The notes under the pieces: generated by a model | Databases searched by the model: none | Seen by the model: the letters and a program-made list of their open reading frames with translations, nothing else | What the model was told of the DNA's origin: nothing | Shown: positions 18,136 through 28,617 of the stretch, piece after piece | Layout of the letters: every line of letters starts with the position of its first letter | Numbering within the stretch: position 1 is the first letter of the stretch | Source: Sulfurihydrogenibium sp. | GTDB taxonomy: Bacteria > Aquificota > Aquificia > Aquificales > Hydrogenothermaceae | DNA length: 61,988 nt | Direction: 5' to 3' | Assembly (NCBI GenBank): GCA_037442825.1 | Contig: JBBIPN010000002.1 | Span: 1 to 61,988 of the forward strand | Position numbers and translations under genes: made by a program

Positions 18136-20036
18136 AAAGATTTTTTTTTATATTTTTAACAATAACATTAATTTTTAATATATCAAATGCAAAAACAGAA
18201 GAAAATTTACAAAAAGCTATACAAGATTACAATAATGGTTCTTATTATAGTGCATTAACTGAAGTATCTCAAATACTATCAAATGCTGATAAAAAAAGTA
18301 AAACATACCAAAAGGCTCTACTTTTAGCAAGTAAAATATATTTATCTATAGGAAAAAAAACCGGTTTAAAAAAATATCTTTGGAGCTCATTAAATCTTAT
18401 CAATATATATGTTGCTGCGAAAGGAAATTTAAATGCAGATTATTACTATACAAAAGGTTTGATATTTGAAAGACTTTCTTTTTATGAGAGAGCTCTTACT
18501 AATTACAAAATTGCATTACTAAAAAAAGATAGTAACAATCTATCCAACAATATAATACTTGGTATAATGAGAACAAGTATTTTGATGGGAAATATCGATA
18601 ACATTACAAGATATATTATATATCTTGCTCCATTAAAAACTCATGAAGGAAAAGAACTTTCTTTCGTCCTTGGAATGAAATACTTTTATAATAAACAATA
18701 CGATATAGCATTTGAATATTTTAAAGAAGTTTACTTATCTTTTGAACATTATCTATTAGATAATCCAGAGTTTTATTACTATGTTGCAGAAACTGCATAT
18801 AGACTAAAAAATTATAGTTTTGCAAAAATTTTATTTAGAAAAATTTTAACTAATATTAAAAATGACGATGTTATTAGAAAATCATATATAAGACTTGGAG
18901 ATATAGCTTTAATTGAGAATGATAAAACAGAGAGTTTTCAGAATTATTTGACCGTTATAAATAGATTTCCAGAAACACAGGAAAATACAGTAGCAAGATT
19001 AAAAATGCTTGCATTAGTTTTAAAATATCCAGATTTAGAGTATAAAATAAAAAATATTAAAGAGCTTAAAGATCCTGTTAAATTTATTATAACTACACTA
19101 ATTTTAAATAGAACAAACTATATTGGTAAATATGCTATTGGAAATTTTGGCGTTTTAGTTTTCCAGTATCCTTCAGATTTTCTTTATAAGAGATTATCTT
19201 TTGAACTATCTCTTATTTATCCTTATAACTTTTCTTTTGAGCAAGCAGAATATATAAAAAGTCTTTGGTCTAATTATTTACTAAATATAGATAAAAACTA
19301 CTTAAGGGAACTATACATATCAAATCCAAAATTTTTTAAGGATATTTTTAATGAAGATATTTTAAAAAGAATTGTTTCTGTGTTAGACGATAAAAAATAT
19401 ATCAATTTAAAAATTGATATTTTATCTCATTTAGCAAAAAAATATGAAAAGGATGAATATAAAATTATTTTAGCCAAAAATTATTATGACATTGGTAAAT
19501 TTAATAAAGCATACGAAATTTTAGAAATTATAAAAGACAAAAATTGTGAATATTTTTCATTAATAGTAACATTAAAAACAGCATTAAAAATGGATACAAA
19601 AGAAGATATAAAAAGCATTAAAAACAAATGTGATATAAATGACCTTCCTTTTGAAATTGCGTTACAATATTATCTTTCAATAAAAGATTACAAATCAGCA
19701 GTAAAACTTTGCAATGAAAATAGGGAAAAATTAAAGAATATATATGAAAAAGACGAAAATTTTAGAAATCAAATAAGTAATTTAATTGAAACATTATTTA
19801 ATATGAAAGATTATAAAAGCTTCGTATCCATTGTAGATAGTGTAGATATAAAAATATTAGATAAAAACACATTATGTAGAATATCTTCTATAGGTTTGAT
19901 TTACAAAATAAAATTAAAAGAAACTAAAAATTTAGAAATGTATTATAATTTTTCAAAAAATTGTAATAATGAGTTATCGTTTATAGCTTCTCAGATGTAT
20001 GAAAACTATAAGTTATTAATGGAGGTGAAAAGATAA
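18132..20036 (+). CDS. Exported tetratricopeptide-repeat protein
   Basis: Signal peptide (SNA-K); TPR-like helices (YYYTKGLIFERL, YYYVAETAYRLKNY, YIRLGDIAL). Confidence 0.75.
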   Translation: MKRFFFIFLTITLIFNISNAKTEENLQKAIQDYNNGSYYSALTEVSQILSNADKKSKTYQKALLLASKIYLSIGKKTGLKKYLWSSLNLINIYVAAKGNLNADYYYTKGLIFERLSFYERALTNYKIALLKKDSNNLSNNIILGIMRTSILMGNIDNITRYIIYLAPLKTHEGKELSFVLGMKYFYNKQYDIAFEYFKEVYLSFEHYLLDNPEFYYYVAETAYRLKNYSFAKILFRKILTNIKNDDVIRKSYIRLGDIALIENDKTESFQNYLTVINRFPETQENTVARLKMLALVLKYPDLEYKIKNIKELKDPVKFIITTLILNRTNYIGKYAIGNFGVLVFQYPSDFLYKRLSFELSLIYPYNFSFEQAEYIKSLWSNYLLNIDKNYLRELYISNPKFFKDIFNEDILKRIVSVLDDKKYINLKIDILSHLAKKYEKDEYKIILAKNYYDIGKFNKAYEILEIIKDKNCEYFSLIVTLKTALKMDTKEDIKSIKNKCDINDLPFEIALQYYLSIKDYKSAVKLCNENREKLKNIYEKDENFRNQISNLIETLFNMKDYKSFVSIVDSVDIKILDKNTLCRISSIGLIYKIKLKETKNLEMYYNFSKNCNNELSFIASQMYENYKLLMEVKR

Positions 20037-20404
20037 TGTTTGATGATTTAGATAAAATAAATAAAATGTCTTCTTTTTACTTTGAACGTTCAAAAGTTAT
20101 ACAAGGTAACATAGCAAATGCAAATACACCATTTTATAAACCAGTAGATATAACTTTTGAAGAAGTTTTAAATAGAGAAGTTAAGCTAAAAACTACACAT
20201 AGTAGGCATATAAACCCAACAGATAATGAATTTATAAAAATCAAACCTATTGAAAATGGATATTTAACAGGATATGATCAAAATAAAGTTAATATAGAAG
20301 AGGAAATGGCTAAATTAGCTGAAAGTTCCATCATGTATAAAACTTTATTAGAAACACTGAAAAAAGAAATGGCTAAGATAAAGTTCGCAATATCAGGTAA
20401 ATAA
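20036..20404 (+). CDS. flgB: Proximal rod protein FlgB
   Basis: NIANANTPFYKP.D; D.NKVNIEEEM. Confidence 0.93.
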   Translation: MFDDLDKINKMSSFYFERSKVIQGNIANANTPFYKPVDITFEEVLNREVKLKTTHSRHINPTDNEFIKIKPIENGYLTGYDQNKVNIEEEMAKLAESSIMYKTLLETLKKEMAKIKFAISGK

Positions 20405-20418
20405 GGAGGGTATTTAAA

Positions 20419-20829
20419 ATGCTTTTTAAAGGTCTTGAGATATCTGTTTCTGGGATGCAAGCAGAAAGAGTAAGAATAGACCTAGCTTCAAGTAATTTAG
20501 CAAATGTAAACTCAACAAGAACAGAAGATGGGCAACCGTACAGAAGAAAGGTTCCTATATTTGAAGCATATCTAGATAAAGAATCTTCTTTACCAGTATT
20601 TAAAGTAAAAGTTAAAGATATCGTTTCAGATCCTTCTCCATTTAAAATTAAATTTGACCCAAGTTCACCAGATGCAGGCCCAGATGGATACGTTAGACTA
20701 CCAAATGTTAACCCTATTAGAGAAATGATAGATATGATGACGGCAATGAGAACATATGAAGCAAACTTAACAGCATTTAACACACATAAAGATATGCTTT
20801 TAAAAAGTATAGAACTTATAAGAGTTTAA
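20419..20829 (+). CDS. flgC: Proximal rod protein FlgC
   Basis: NLANVNST, PYRRK, GYVRLPNVN, RTYEAN. Confidence 0.96.
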   Translation: MLFKGLEISVSGMQAERVRIDLASSNLANVNSTRTEDGQPYRRKVPIFEAYLDKESSLPVFKVKVKDIVSDPSPFKIKFDPSSPDAGPDGYVRLPNVNPIREMIDMMTAMRTYEANLTAFNTHKDMLLKSIELIRV

Positions 20830-20840
20830 GGAGATAAGCA

Positions 20841-21128
20841 ATGAAGATAGAAGGATTAACAAACAGTTTACCATTGAAATTAGATACAGAGAAAAATAAC
20901 GATACAAAACAATCTTTTTCAGAAATTTTAGAGAATTTTATAAAAGATGTAAACAATGACCTTTTAGTAGCCAAGCAAACAGAACAAGATCTCTCTTTAG
21001 GTAAAATTCAAAATATTCAAGAAGCTATGTACCTTATAGAGAAAGCAGACATATCTTTTAGACTTTTAACAGAGATAAGAAATAAAGCCCTTGAAAGTTA
21101 TCAAGAAATCATGAGAATGCAAGTATAG
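20841..21128 (+). CDS. fliE: Hook-basal body protein FliE
   Basis: EIRNKALESYQEIMRMQV. Confidence 0.95.
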   Translation: MKIEGLTNSLPLKLDTEKNNDTKQSFSEILENFIKDVNNDLLVAKQTEQDLSLGKIQNIQEAMYLIEKADISFRLLTEIRNKALESYQEIMRMQV

Positions 21129-21140
21129 AGGAGAAAAATA

Positions 21141-22730
21141 TTGCCATTAGACTTTAGCACATTAAAAACAAAAGGGTTAGAAATACTAAAAGATAAGTCT
21201 AAACAAAAATATATAGTTGCTGGATTAATAGGTTTATTTATACTTATAATTGTTGGTATCTTACTTACAAAATCATTATACAAAGAAGATTATGCAGTTT
21301 TATACTCTGGACTTTCACCAGATGATGCAGGAAATGTATTAACAGCTTTATCTCAAGAAAATATACCTTATAATCTGGAAGGTAATGGTACTATTATAAT
21401 GGTACCTAAAGACAAAGTATATGATGCACGACTAAAACTTGCTGCTAAAGGACTTCCTTCAGGAAAAGTTGTAGGATTTGAAATATTTGAAGAACCAAAA
21501 TTAGGAACAACTCAATTTCAAGAAAACATTAACTATATAAGAGCAGTAGAAGGAGAACTTACAAGAACAATAAAACAGTTAGATGCTGTAGTAGATGCTA
21601 AAGTTAATATAGCTCTTCCTAAAGATTCAATATTTGTAAGAGAAGAAGATGAAGCAAAAGCATCTGTAATAATAAAGTTAGCTCCAGATAAAGATTTAAC
21701 AAAAGAACAAGTAAAAGCTATAGTATTTTTAGTATCCCATGCTGTGCCAAATCTAAAATCTGATAATGTTACCGTTGTAGATAATAGGGGAAGAGTTTTA
21801 TCTGATTTAATAGATGAGGAAAATACTATAGTTTCCGGAGAAAAAACAGTAGATTTAAAAAGAAAATTGGAAAAACAGTTAGAAAAAGATATTCAATCTA
21901 TGCTTACAAAAGTTGTAGGACCAGAAAGGGTTGTTGTAAAAGCAACTGTAGAACTTGAAACAGGAAAAGTTAACCAAAAAGATGAAATCTATGATCCAGA
22001 TAAAGTAGCCGTTGTAAGTGAAAGAAAAATTAAAGAATCAGAAATAGAAGAACCTAATCAAATAAATGTACCACCAGGTACTCCTACAAACGTACCACCT
22101 GTAATAAATACTCCTATTTTTGGTGGTGGATTAAAGAAAAAAGAAAAAAGTGATATTACTACAAACTACGATGTATCAAAATCATTGATAGAAACTCAAA
22201 AACCACTTTTTGCAATAAAGAAAGTAAGTGTAGGAGTAATGATAGATGGTATATACAAAGAAGTTAAAGACAAAGATGGTAATGTAAAAATAGAGTTCCA
22301 ACCAAGAAGTCCACAAGAATTACAGTCATATGAAAATCTAATAAAAAGTGCAATAGGTTTTGACCCTAATAGAGGGGATCAAGTTACAGTTATAAGTGTT
22401 CCTTTTGAATCTTTAGCAACTACAAAACTAGAAGAAAAAACAAACACAGCAGTATATATAATAGCTGTAGTATCTTCATTGTTACTTTTAGGTATATTGG
22501 CCTTTTTACTACTAAAGAAGAAGAAAGCAAAAGAAGCTCAAATTATCACTACAGTTCAACCAGCTAAATTAGCTGAAACATTAGCTGAAAAATTTAAAGA
22601 AGAAGAAAAAATGATGCCCGAATTTGAAAAGATACCAGAGTATATAAAAATCTTAGAAATAGCAGACGATAATCCTGTCTTAATAGCAAATATTATTTTA
22701 AAATGGCTTAAAGAAGAAAGTAAGAGATGA
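21141..22730 (+). CDS. fliF: MS-ring protein FliF
   Basis: Two TM segments, GFEIFE, RAVEGELTRTI, AKASV, RGDQVTV; TTG start. Confidence 0.96.
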   Translation: MPLDFSTLKTKGLEILKDKSKQKYIVAGLIGLFILIIVGILLTKSLYKEDYAVLYSGLSPDDAGNVLTALSQENIPYNLEGNGTIIMVPKDKVYDARLKLAAKGLPSGKVVGFEIFEEPKLGTTQFQENINYIRAVEGELTRTIKQLDAVVDAKVNIALPKDSIFVREEDEAKASVIIKLAPDKDLTKEQVKAIVFLVSHAVPNLKSDNVTVVDNRGRVLSDLIDEENTIVSGEKTVDLKRKLEKQLEKDIQSMLTKVVGPERVVVKATVELETGKVNQKDEIYDPDKVAVVSERKIKESEIEEPNQINVPPGTPTNVPPVINTPIFGGGLKKKEKSDITTNYDVSKSLIETQKPLFAIKKVSVGVMIDGIYKEVKDKDGNVKIEFQPRSPQELQSYENLIKSAIGFDPNRGDQVTVISVPFESLATTKLEEKTNTAVYIIAVVSSLLLLGILAFLLLKKKKAKEAQIITTVQPAKLAETLAEKFKEEEKMMPEFEKIPEYIKILEIADDNPVLIANIILKWLKEESKR

Positions 22731-23407
22731 TGTTAAAACTTATTGATTTTTCAACATTACTAAACGATCAAAATACAGAAAAAAATAAAGAAATTAATAA
22801 AGATGAAAAAGATAAAGAAATAAATTTTCTAAAGCAACAGATAATCCTATTCCAACAGCAAATAGAAAAAGAGAAAGAGATCTCTTTTAATGAAGGTTTT
22901 GAAAAAGGAAAAGAAGAAACAGAAAAATATTATAAAAATAAGATAGAAGAGATAAAAAAGGAAAATGAAAAGAAAATAAAAGAAATCCTAAATAGAGAAA
23001 AAGAAGATTATCAGATTTTAATTGGGAAAATACACTCTGAATTTAATAAAAAACATAACCAATTTTTAAACTTTTTTTCAGATATAATTACAGACTCTTT
23101 AGCAGATATTTTAGATTTTCTGTACATCGAAAAAATGGAAACAGAAAAAGTTGTAGAAATTATATTAAATATTTTAGAAGAATTAGGAAACGAAAATATT
23201 TTTAAAATATTAGTTAGTAAAGATGTAAACTTAGACACTCTTAAAAAGGCTTTTCCACAAATAGAGATAGAAGTCGACTATAAGCTAGAAGGTGTAGATT
23301 TTATATTGAAGTTAGAAAGTGGTAAAATTAAAAATATCTTTAGAGAAAAAATAGAGATTATAAAAGATGAGATTAAAAGAGAGATTAAGAAGTTATCCGA
23401 AATATAG
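22727..23407 (+). CDS. fliH: FliH-like export ATPase regulator
   Basis: SFNEGFEKGKEE (GxxxG-type repeat), coiled coil; lies between fliF and fliI. Confidence 0.65.
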   Translation: MMLKLIDFSTLLNDQNTEKNKEINKDEKDKEINFLKQQIILFQQQIEKEKEISFNEGFEKGKEETEKYYKNKIEEIKKENEKKIKEILNREKEDYQILIGKIHSEFNKKHNQFLNFFSDIITDSLADILDFLYIEKMETEKVVEIILNILEELGNENIFKILVSKDVNLDTLKKAFPQIEIEVDYKLEGVDFILKLESGKIKNIFREKIEIIKDEIKREIKKLSEI

Positions 23408-24677
23408 ATCTATAGGAAAAGTTAAAAAAGTTATAGGAAATACTATTGAAGCAGTTATACCTTTTGTTAGTATAGGTGATAGATGTATTATTGATAATAA
23501 AATAGAAGCAGAAGTTATAGGCTTTAAAGATAAAATCGCTATACTTATGAGTTTTGAACCTTTAGATGGGATTAAAATAGACAGTTCAATAGAAATTTCT
23601 TACTATAAACCTTCTGTTTTAGTTGGAGATGAACTTTTAGGAACTGTTTTAGATCCTTTTGGGAAACCTTTAAATAAAGAAAAAATAAACTATTCTAATA
23701 GTTTCTATTTAAAACTTGAAAATTCAAATCCACTTGAAAGAGAAAGAATAACTAATGTTCTTGACTTAGGAATAAAATCAATAAATAGTTTATTTACTGT
23801 TGGAAAAGGACAAAGAGTAGGAATCTTATCAGGTGCAGGTGTAGGAAAAAGTACACTTCTTGGTATGATATCAAGATTTACAGATTCAGATGTAAACATT
23901 ATTGCACTTATAGGAGAAAGAGGTAGAGAAGTTAGAGAATTTATAGAAGATAGCTTAAAAGAAGATGGGTTAAAAAAATCTGTTGTAGTTGTTGCAACAT
24001 CAGATATGCTACCTTTAGCTAAAATAAGAGCAGTTTTAACATCCTTGGCTATAGCAAACTACTTTTCTTTAAAAGGTAAAAATGTTTTATACCTTATTGA
24101 TTCTTTAACACGTGTTGCTATGGCTCAAAGAGAAATAGGTTTATCAGCTGGTGAACCACCTACTGTAAAAGGTTATACCCCATCTGTTTTTACACTTCTA
24201 CCTAAAATAATAGAACAAGCAGGAAACTTTAAAAATAGAGGTAGCATTACCGGACTTTATACTGTTTTAGTAGAAGGTGACGATATATCTAACGATCCAA
24301 TTGCAGATGCTGCTGTTTCATTTTTAGATGGACATATAATATTATCGAGAGAATTAGCTAATAAAAGAATCTTTCCAGCAATTGATATTCTAAAAAGTAT
24401 AAGTAGATTAATGCCACAGATAGTAAATGACGAAATAATGATATATCAATCAAAGATAATTAGCTTAATGGCAAAATATAAAGAAATGGAAGATATGATC
24501 AATTTAGGATTGTATAAAGAAGGAAGTTCTAAAGAAATAGATTTGGTTATAAAAATGTATCCTAATATTATTGATTTTATAAAACAAAGTATAGATGAAA
24601 AAGTAGACTTTAAAAATAGTGTGGAAAGTTTAAAAAATGTGATAAACTATTATTTAAGTATAGGGGGTGAGCTATAA
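23367..24677 (+). CDS. fliI: Flagellar export ATPase FliI
   Basis: GAGVGKSTLLG, LIGERGREV, DSLTRVAMAQREIGL, DGHIILSR. Confidence 0.97.
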   Translation: MRLKERLRSYPKYRSIGKVKKVIGNTIEAVIPFVSIGDRCIIDNKIEAEVIGFKDKIAILMSFEPLDGIKIDSSIEISYYKPSVLVGDELLGTVLDPFGKPLNKEKINYSNSFYLKLENSNPLERERITNVLDLGIKSINSLFTVGKGQRVGILSGAGVGKSTLLGMISRFTDSDVNIIALIGERGREVREFIEDSLKEDGLKKSVVVVATSDMLPLAKIRAVLTSLAIANYFSLKGKNVLYLIDSLTRVAMAQREIGLSAGEPPTVKGYTPSVFTLLPKIIEQAGNFKNRGSITGLYTVLVEGDDISNDPIADAAVSFLDGHIILSRELANKRIFPAIDILKSISRLMPQIVNDEIMIYQSKIISLMAKYKEMEDMINLGLYKEGSSKEIDLVIKMYPNIIDFIKQSIDEKVDFKNSVESLKNVINYYLSIGGEL

Positions 24678-25324
24678 TGATAAATATAGATACAAATTTA
24701 ACAACATTCCCTGAAAAAAAACCAAAAATTGTAGATGCAAATTATGATAATTCAAAGATGAGTGAACAAGATTTCGTAAAAGTACTATTAGCTGATTTAA
24801 AATGGCAAGATCCATTAAATGCAAAAGATATTTCAGATTTCATAGATAACACAGTAAAACTTAGACAAATGGAATCTTTAAGTAGTATTGAAAATTTAAC
24901 AAAACTTATATCACAGTTTACAAACAGTATTTTAAATGCATCTTCCTTGATAGGAAAAAATGTAAAATATGAAGGAAATTATACCTATGTAGATAATGGC
25001 CAAGCAAATATAGAGTTTAAACTAAATGCCCCAGCTAAAGAAGTTAATATATCTTTTGTTGATAAAAACGGTAACATTTTAGAATCAAAACAGCTTATAA
25101 ACTTAAATGGAAATACAGTATATCCAATCCAGATAGATAACTCAAATTTACAAAATGGATATTATAAAATAAACATTTCAGCTAAAGACGAAAAAGGGAA
25201 TAGTGTAGATGCAACTGTCTACAGTAGTGGAAAGGTTGAAAGTATAATAAGGGAAAATAATGAAATTTTTGCAAAGATTAGCGGTAATAATGTATCGTTA
25301 GATAAAATTTTTGAAATTTACTAA
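24677..25324 (+). CDS. flgD: Hook capping protein FlgD
   Basis: FVKVLLADLKWQDPLN, ASSLIGK, C-terminal Ig-like domain. Confidence 0.9.
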   Translation: MINIDTNLTTFPEKKPKIVDANYDNSKMSEQDFVKVLLADLKWQDPLNAKDISDFIDNTVKLRQMESLSSIENLTKLISQFTNSILNASSLIGKNVKYEGNYTYVDNGQANIEFKLNAPAKEVNISFVDKNGNILESKQLINLNGNTVYPIQIDNSNLQNGYYKINISAKDEKGNSVDATVYSSGKVESIIRENNEIFAKISGNNVSLDKIFEIY

Positions 25325-25341
25325 AAAGGAGGTAAACAGCC

Positions 25342-26583
25342 ATGCTTCCATCATTTTACACAGCATTAACAGGTTTAAATGGAAATCAGCAATGGTTGAA
25401 TGTAATTTCAGATAATATAGCAAACGTTAATACGATCGGTTTTAAATCAGAAAGATTAACATTTGAAGACCTTATTGCCCATAGTTTAACAACCTTTGCA
25501 AACAATACACCAAAAAATATTGAGATTGGTGGTGGTTCTTTTGTAGCACTAACAACAAAAGATTTTTCCCAAGGATCTTTTATGAATACGAACTCTCCTA
25601 CAGATTTAGCTCTTGATGGAGAAGGATTCTTTATGGTTAGAGACAATCAAGGGACAGTTTACTATACAAGAGCTGGACAGTTTAGATTAGATGCAAATGG
25701 AGACATTGTAAATGTAGATGGTATGAAGCTACAAGGTTGGAAACTTGACAGTAATGGAAACATAGCTGGAGCTATAGATAAAATAAATGTACCATATGCT
25801 ATAAATCCAACTATTACTACAAAAGTACTATTAGAAGAACCTACAAATTTAGATTCGAGGTCTTCTGTTATATCAGCCACATTTAATCCTACAGACTCTA
25901 CAACTTTTAACTATGTAAACTCAATGGCTATATATGACTCTCTTGGTAATCCTCACACTCTATCTCTCTACTTTCAAAAAACTGGAGCAAGCACTACTGG
26001 ATCAACATGGAATGTTTATGCATATCTAAACAATAATTTAACAACACAAGTTGGATCTACAACATTAAACTTTGATACAAACGGTAATTTAACATCAGGT
26101 TCTCCTATGGCTTTAAGTATAACTTTAACAAATGGTGCAATATCTCCACAGTCTATAACGGTAGATTTTACAAAAGTAAAACAAGTTGCATCAGATTTTA
26201 TATTCTATGCACAACAGGATGGTTTTGCTAAAGGTGATTTACTTGGAGTTGCAGTAACAGAAGATGGAGTTGCTAAAGGTATGTATTCTAATGGGAAAGT
26301 TATGGATATAGCAAGACTTGCAGTTGCAACTTTTAAAGATAAAGAGATGTTAGTCAGAAAAGGTAATAATCTTTATTTACCAAACACTCAAACATTTACA
26401 CCGTTAATAACACCTGGTGGTATATTAAGTAAAGTTAGAAGTGGATTTTTAGAATTATCAAATGTTGATATTTCTAAAGAATTTATAAATCTTATTACCG
26501 CTCAAAGATCTTATCAAGCAAATGCAAGAGTAATTACAACAGATGATCAAATATTACAAGAAGCTATGAATATTAAAAGATAA
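25342..26583 (+). CDS. flgE: Flagellar hook protein FlgE
   Basis: NIANVNTIGFK, YDSLGNPH, LELSNVD, QRSYQANARVI. Confidence 0.96.
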   Translation: MLPSFYTALTGLNGNQQWLNVISDNIANVNTIGFKSERLTFEDLIAHSLTTFANNTPKNIEIGGGSFVALTTKDFSQGSFMNTNSPTDLALDGEGFFMVRDNQGTVYYTRAGQFRLDANGDIVNVDGMKLQGWKLDSNGNIAGAIDKINVPYAINPTITTKVLLEEPTNLDSRSSVISATFNPTDSTTFNYVNSMAIYDSLGNPHTLSLYFQKTGASTTGSTWNVYAYLNNNLTTQVGSTTLNFDTNGNLTSGSPMALSITLTNGAISPQSITVDFTKVKQVASDFIFYAQQDGFAKGDLLGVAVTEDGVAKGMYSNGKVMDIARLAVATFKDKEMLVRKGNNLYLPNTQTFTPLITPGGILSKVRSGFLELSNVDISKEFINLITAQRSYQANARVITTDDQILQEAMNIKR

Positions 26584-26597
26584 AAGGAGTGGCAGTA

Positions 26598-27104
26598 GTG
26601 GCTGAAGAAAAAGAAAATCAACAAGAACAACAAGAAGAAAAAAGCGGAAAGAAAAAATTAATAATTATAATAATACCTGTACTACTTCTTGTTTTAGGTG
26701 GAGGTGGTTTTTTTGCTTATAAAACATTCTTTGCAAAAGAAGAAAATGAAAAACAACCAGAAAAGATAGCTAAAGAGATAAAGAGTACAGAAGAGCATGG
26801 TGTAGAACTTGAGGTAGGGACATTTGTTGCTAATCTTGCAGATAAAGATGCAGATAGATATATAAAAGTTACCATTATTATGGAAGTTCAAGACGAAAAA
26901 GTTAAAGAAGAAGCTACAAAAAGGATGCCCCAAATAAAAGATTCTATAAATACATTACTTTTTACAAAAACAAGTGAAGAATTAAAATCTCCAGAAGGTA
27001 TAGAAAAGTTAAAAGAAGAGATTATAAAAAGAACAAATGCAATATTACCACTTGGCGGCGTAAAAGATGTTTACTTTACAGAGTTTATAATTCAAACAAG
27101 TTAA
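26598..27104 (+). CDS. fliL: Basal-body-associated protein FliL
   Basis: KKK + TM + GGGG; FVANLAD; VYFTEFIIQ; GTG 26598 on SD spacing. Confidence 0.92.
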   Translation: MAEEKENQQEQQEEKSGKKKLIIIIIPVLLLVLGGGGFFAYKTFFAKEENEKQPEKIAKEIKSTEEHGVELEVGTFVANLADKDADRYIKVTIIMEVQDEKVKEEATKRMPQIKDSINTLLFTKTSEELKSPEGIEKLKEEIIKRTNAILPLGGVKDVYFTEFIIQTS

Positions 27105-27114
27105 GGTAAATATA

Positions 27115-27369
27115 ATGGAACACATTGAAATACTTTCAAAAGATTTAGAATTTTTAAAAGATATAGAAATATTAGCAAAGGTAGAACTTGCAAGCTTAGA
27201 AACAACTTTTGAGTTTATCTTAAACTTAAAAGAAGGGGATATCATAAACTTAGAAAAAGATATAGAAGATTTCGTTACACTTTATTTTTTCGATGAAAAA
27301 GTAGGTTTTGGAGAAATTGTAAATATAAATGATAAATATGGTTTTAGATTAGTGGACCTAATAAGATGA
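27115..27369 (+). CDS. Small FliM/FliN C-terminal (SpoA) domain protein
   Basis: VEL...ILNLKEGDIINLEK...GEIVNINDKYGFRL. Confidence 0.8.
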   Translation: MEHIEILSKDLEFLKDIEILAKVELASLETTFEFILNLKEGDIINLEKDIEDFVTLYFFDEKVGFGEIVNINDKYGFRLVDLIR

Positions 27370-27632
27370 TAGATTTTTATACTATATTTAAGGTTGTATT
27401 TTCTCTTTTAATTGTTATCGGGATATTATACGGTTTACTTTTTTTTATGAAAAGGTACATTGCACCTTTTAATAAGACAGTTGTAAATGATATAAAGATA
27501 AGGGATTTAAAATTTATATCTAAAGATATATGTTTTGTAAGTTTAGAGTTTGATAAAAAAGTTATATTACTTGCTTTTGATGGAAAGAATATAAAAAAAA
27601 TAAGTGAAAAAGTAAATAAAGATGAAAATTAA
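27366..27632 (+). CDS. fliO: FliO-like membrane protein
   Basis: Single N-terminal TM and small beta-rich domain; immediately before fliP. Confidence 0.65.
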   Translation: MIDFYTIFKVVFSLLIVIGILYGLLFFMKRYIAPFNKTVVNDIKIRDLKFISKDICFVSLEFDKKVILLAFDGKNIKKISEKVNKDEN

Positions 27633-28335
27633 AATACTTTTCTTGTTAATCTTTTCTTTTTTTAGTTTTTCATATGCAGATGTTTTATCTGAAACATTAT
27701 CTGCTTTTAACAGGTTTGATACTACATTAAAAATACTTCTTTTAATCACTATAATCTCTTTAGCTCCAGCTATTTTAATAAGTATGACAGCTTTTGTAAG
27801 AATTGTTATAGTTTTGTCATTACTTAGACATGCTTTAGGTATCCCAACAGCACCACCAAACCAAGTAATAATAGCCTTATCCTTATTCCTAACATTTTTT
27901 ATTATGAAACCCACCTTTGATAAAATAAATGAAGTCAGTATTTCACCATATCTAAAAAAAGAGATATCTGATATTAAAGCTATTGAAAATGCAAAAGATC
28001 CTATAAAAGAGTTTATGTTAAAAAATACAAGAAAAGAGGATTTGAAGTTATTCATTGATTTAGCAAAAGAAAAACCTTCCACTCTACAAGATATAAATAT
28101 ATCTACTTTAATACCAGCTTTTATGATAAGTGAAATTAAAACAGCTTTTGAGATTGTTTTTGTTATTTACTTACCTTTTTTAGTAATTGATTTTTTAGTT
28201 GCAAGTATTCTTATGTCTATGGGAATGATGATGATCCCACCAATGTTTATATCTCTACCATTTAAACTAATGCTATTTGTTTTAGCTGATGGATGGGAAC
28301 TTTTAGTCAAGTCATTAGTACAAAGTTATAAATGA
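27622..28335 (+). CDS. fliP: Export gate protein FliP
   Basis: PPNQV, PAFMISE, MGMMMIPP, LPFKLMLFVLADGW. Confidence 0.97.
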   Translation: MKIKILFLLIFSFFSFSYADVLSETLSAFNRFDTTLKILLLITIISLAPAILISMTAFVRIVIVLSLLRHALGIPTAPPNQVIIALSLFLTFFIMKPTFDKINEVSISPYLKKEISDIKAIENAKDPIKEFMLKNTRKEDLKLFIDLAKEKPSTLQDINISTLIPAFMISEIKTAFEIVFVIYLPFLVIDFLVASILMSMGMMMIPPMFISLPFKLMLFVLADGWELLVKSLVQSYK

Positions 28336-28345
28336 GGTTTTAGAT

Positions 28346-28615
28346 ATGACGTTAGATATGGCTGTTGGCTTAGTAGATCAAATGTTTAAAATTACTATTC
28401 TTATAGCAACACCTGTTATCCTACTTACATTTATAGTAGGTCTTTTAATAAGCATATTCCAAGCAGCAACCCAGATTAATGAAATGACAATAACATTTGT
28501 TCCAAAGATAATAGCAGCTGTTATTGGAATAATTTTCTTTGGTTCATGGATAACTTCCAAGCTTGTAGATTATACCCGTGAAGTACTATCCACTATCATA
28601 AAAATTACAAGCTAA
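28346..28615 (+). CDS. fliQ: Export gate protein FliQ
   Basis: FQAATQINEMTITFVPK. Confidence 0.96.
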   Translation: MTLDMAVGLVDQMFKITILIATPVILLTFIVGLLISIFQAATQINEMTITFVPKIIAAVIGIIFFGSWITSKLVDYTREVLSTIIKITS

Positions 28616-28617
28616 AT

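Noticed and set aside
16753..20036. Very low-GC stretch as a horizontally acquired island
   Set aside because: No mobility genes or flanking repeats; the genes are coupled to flagellar genes and the composition is explained by N/K/I/Y-rich proteins
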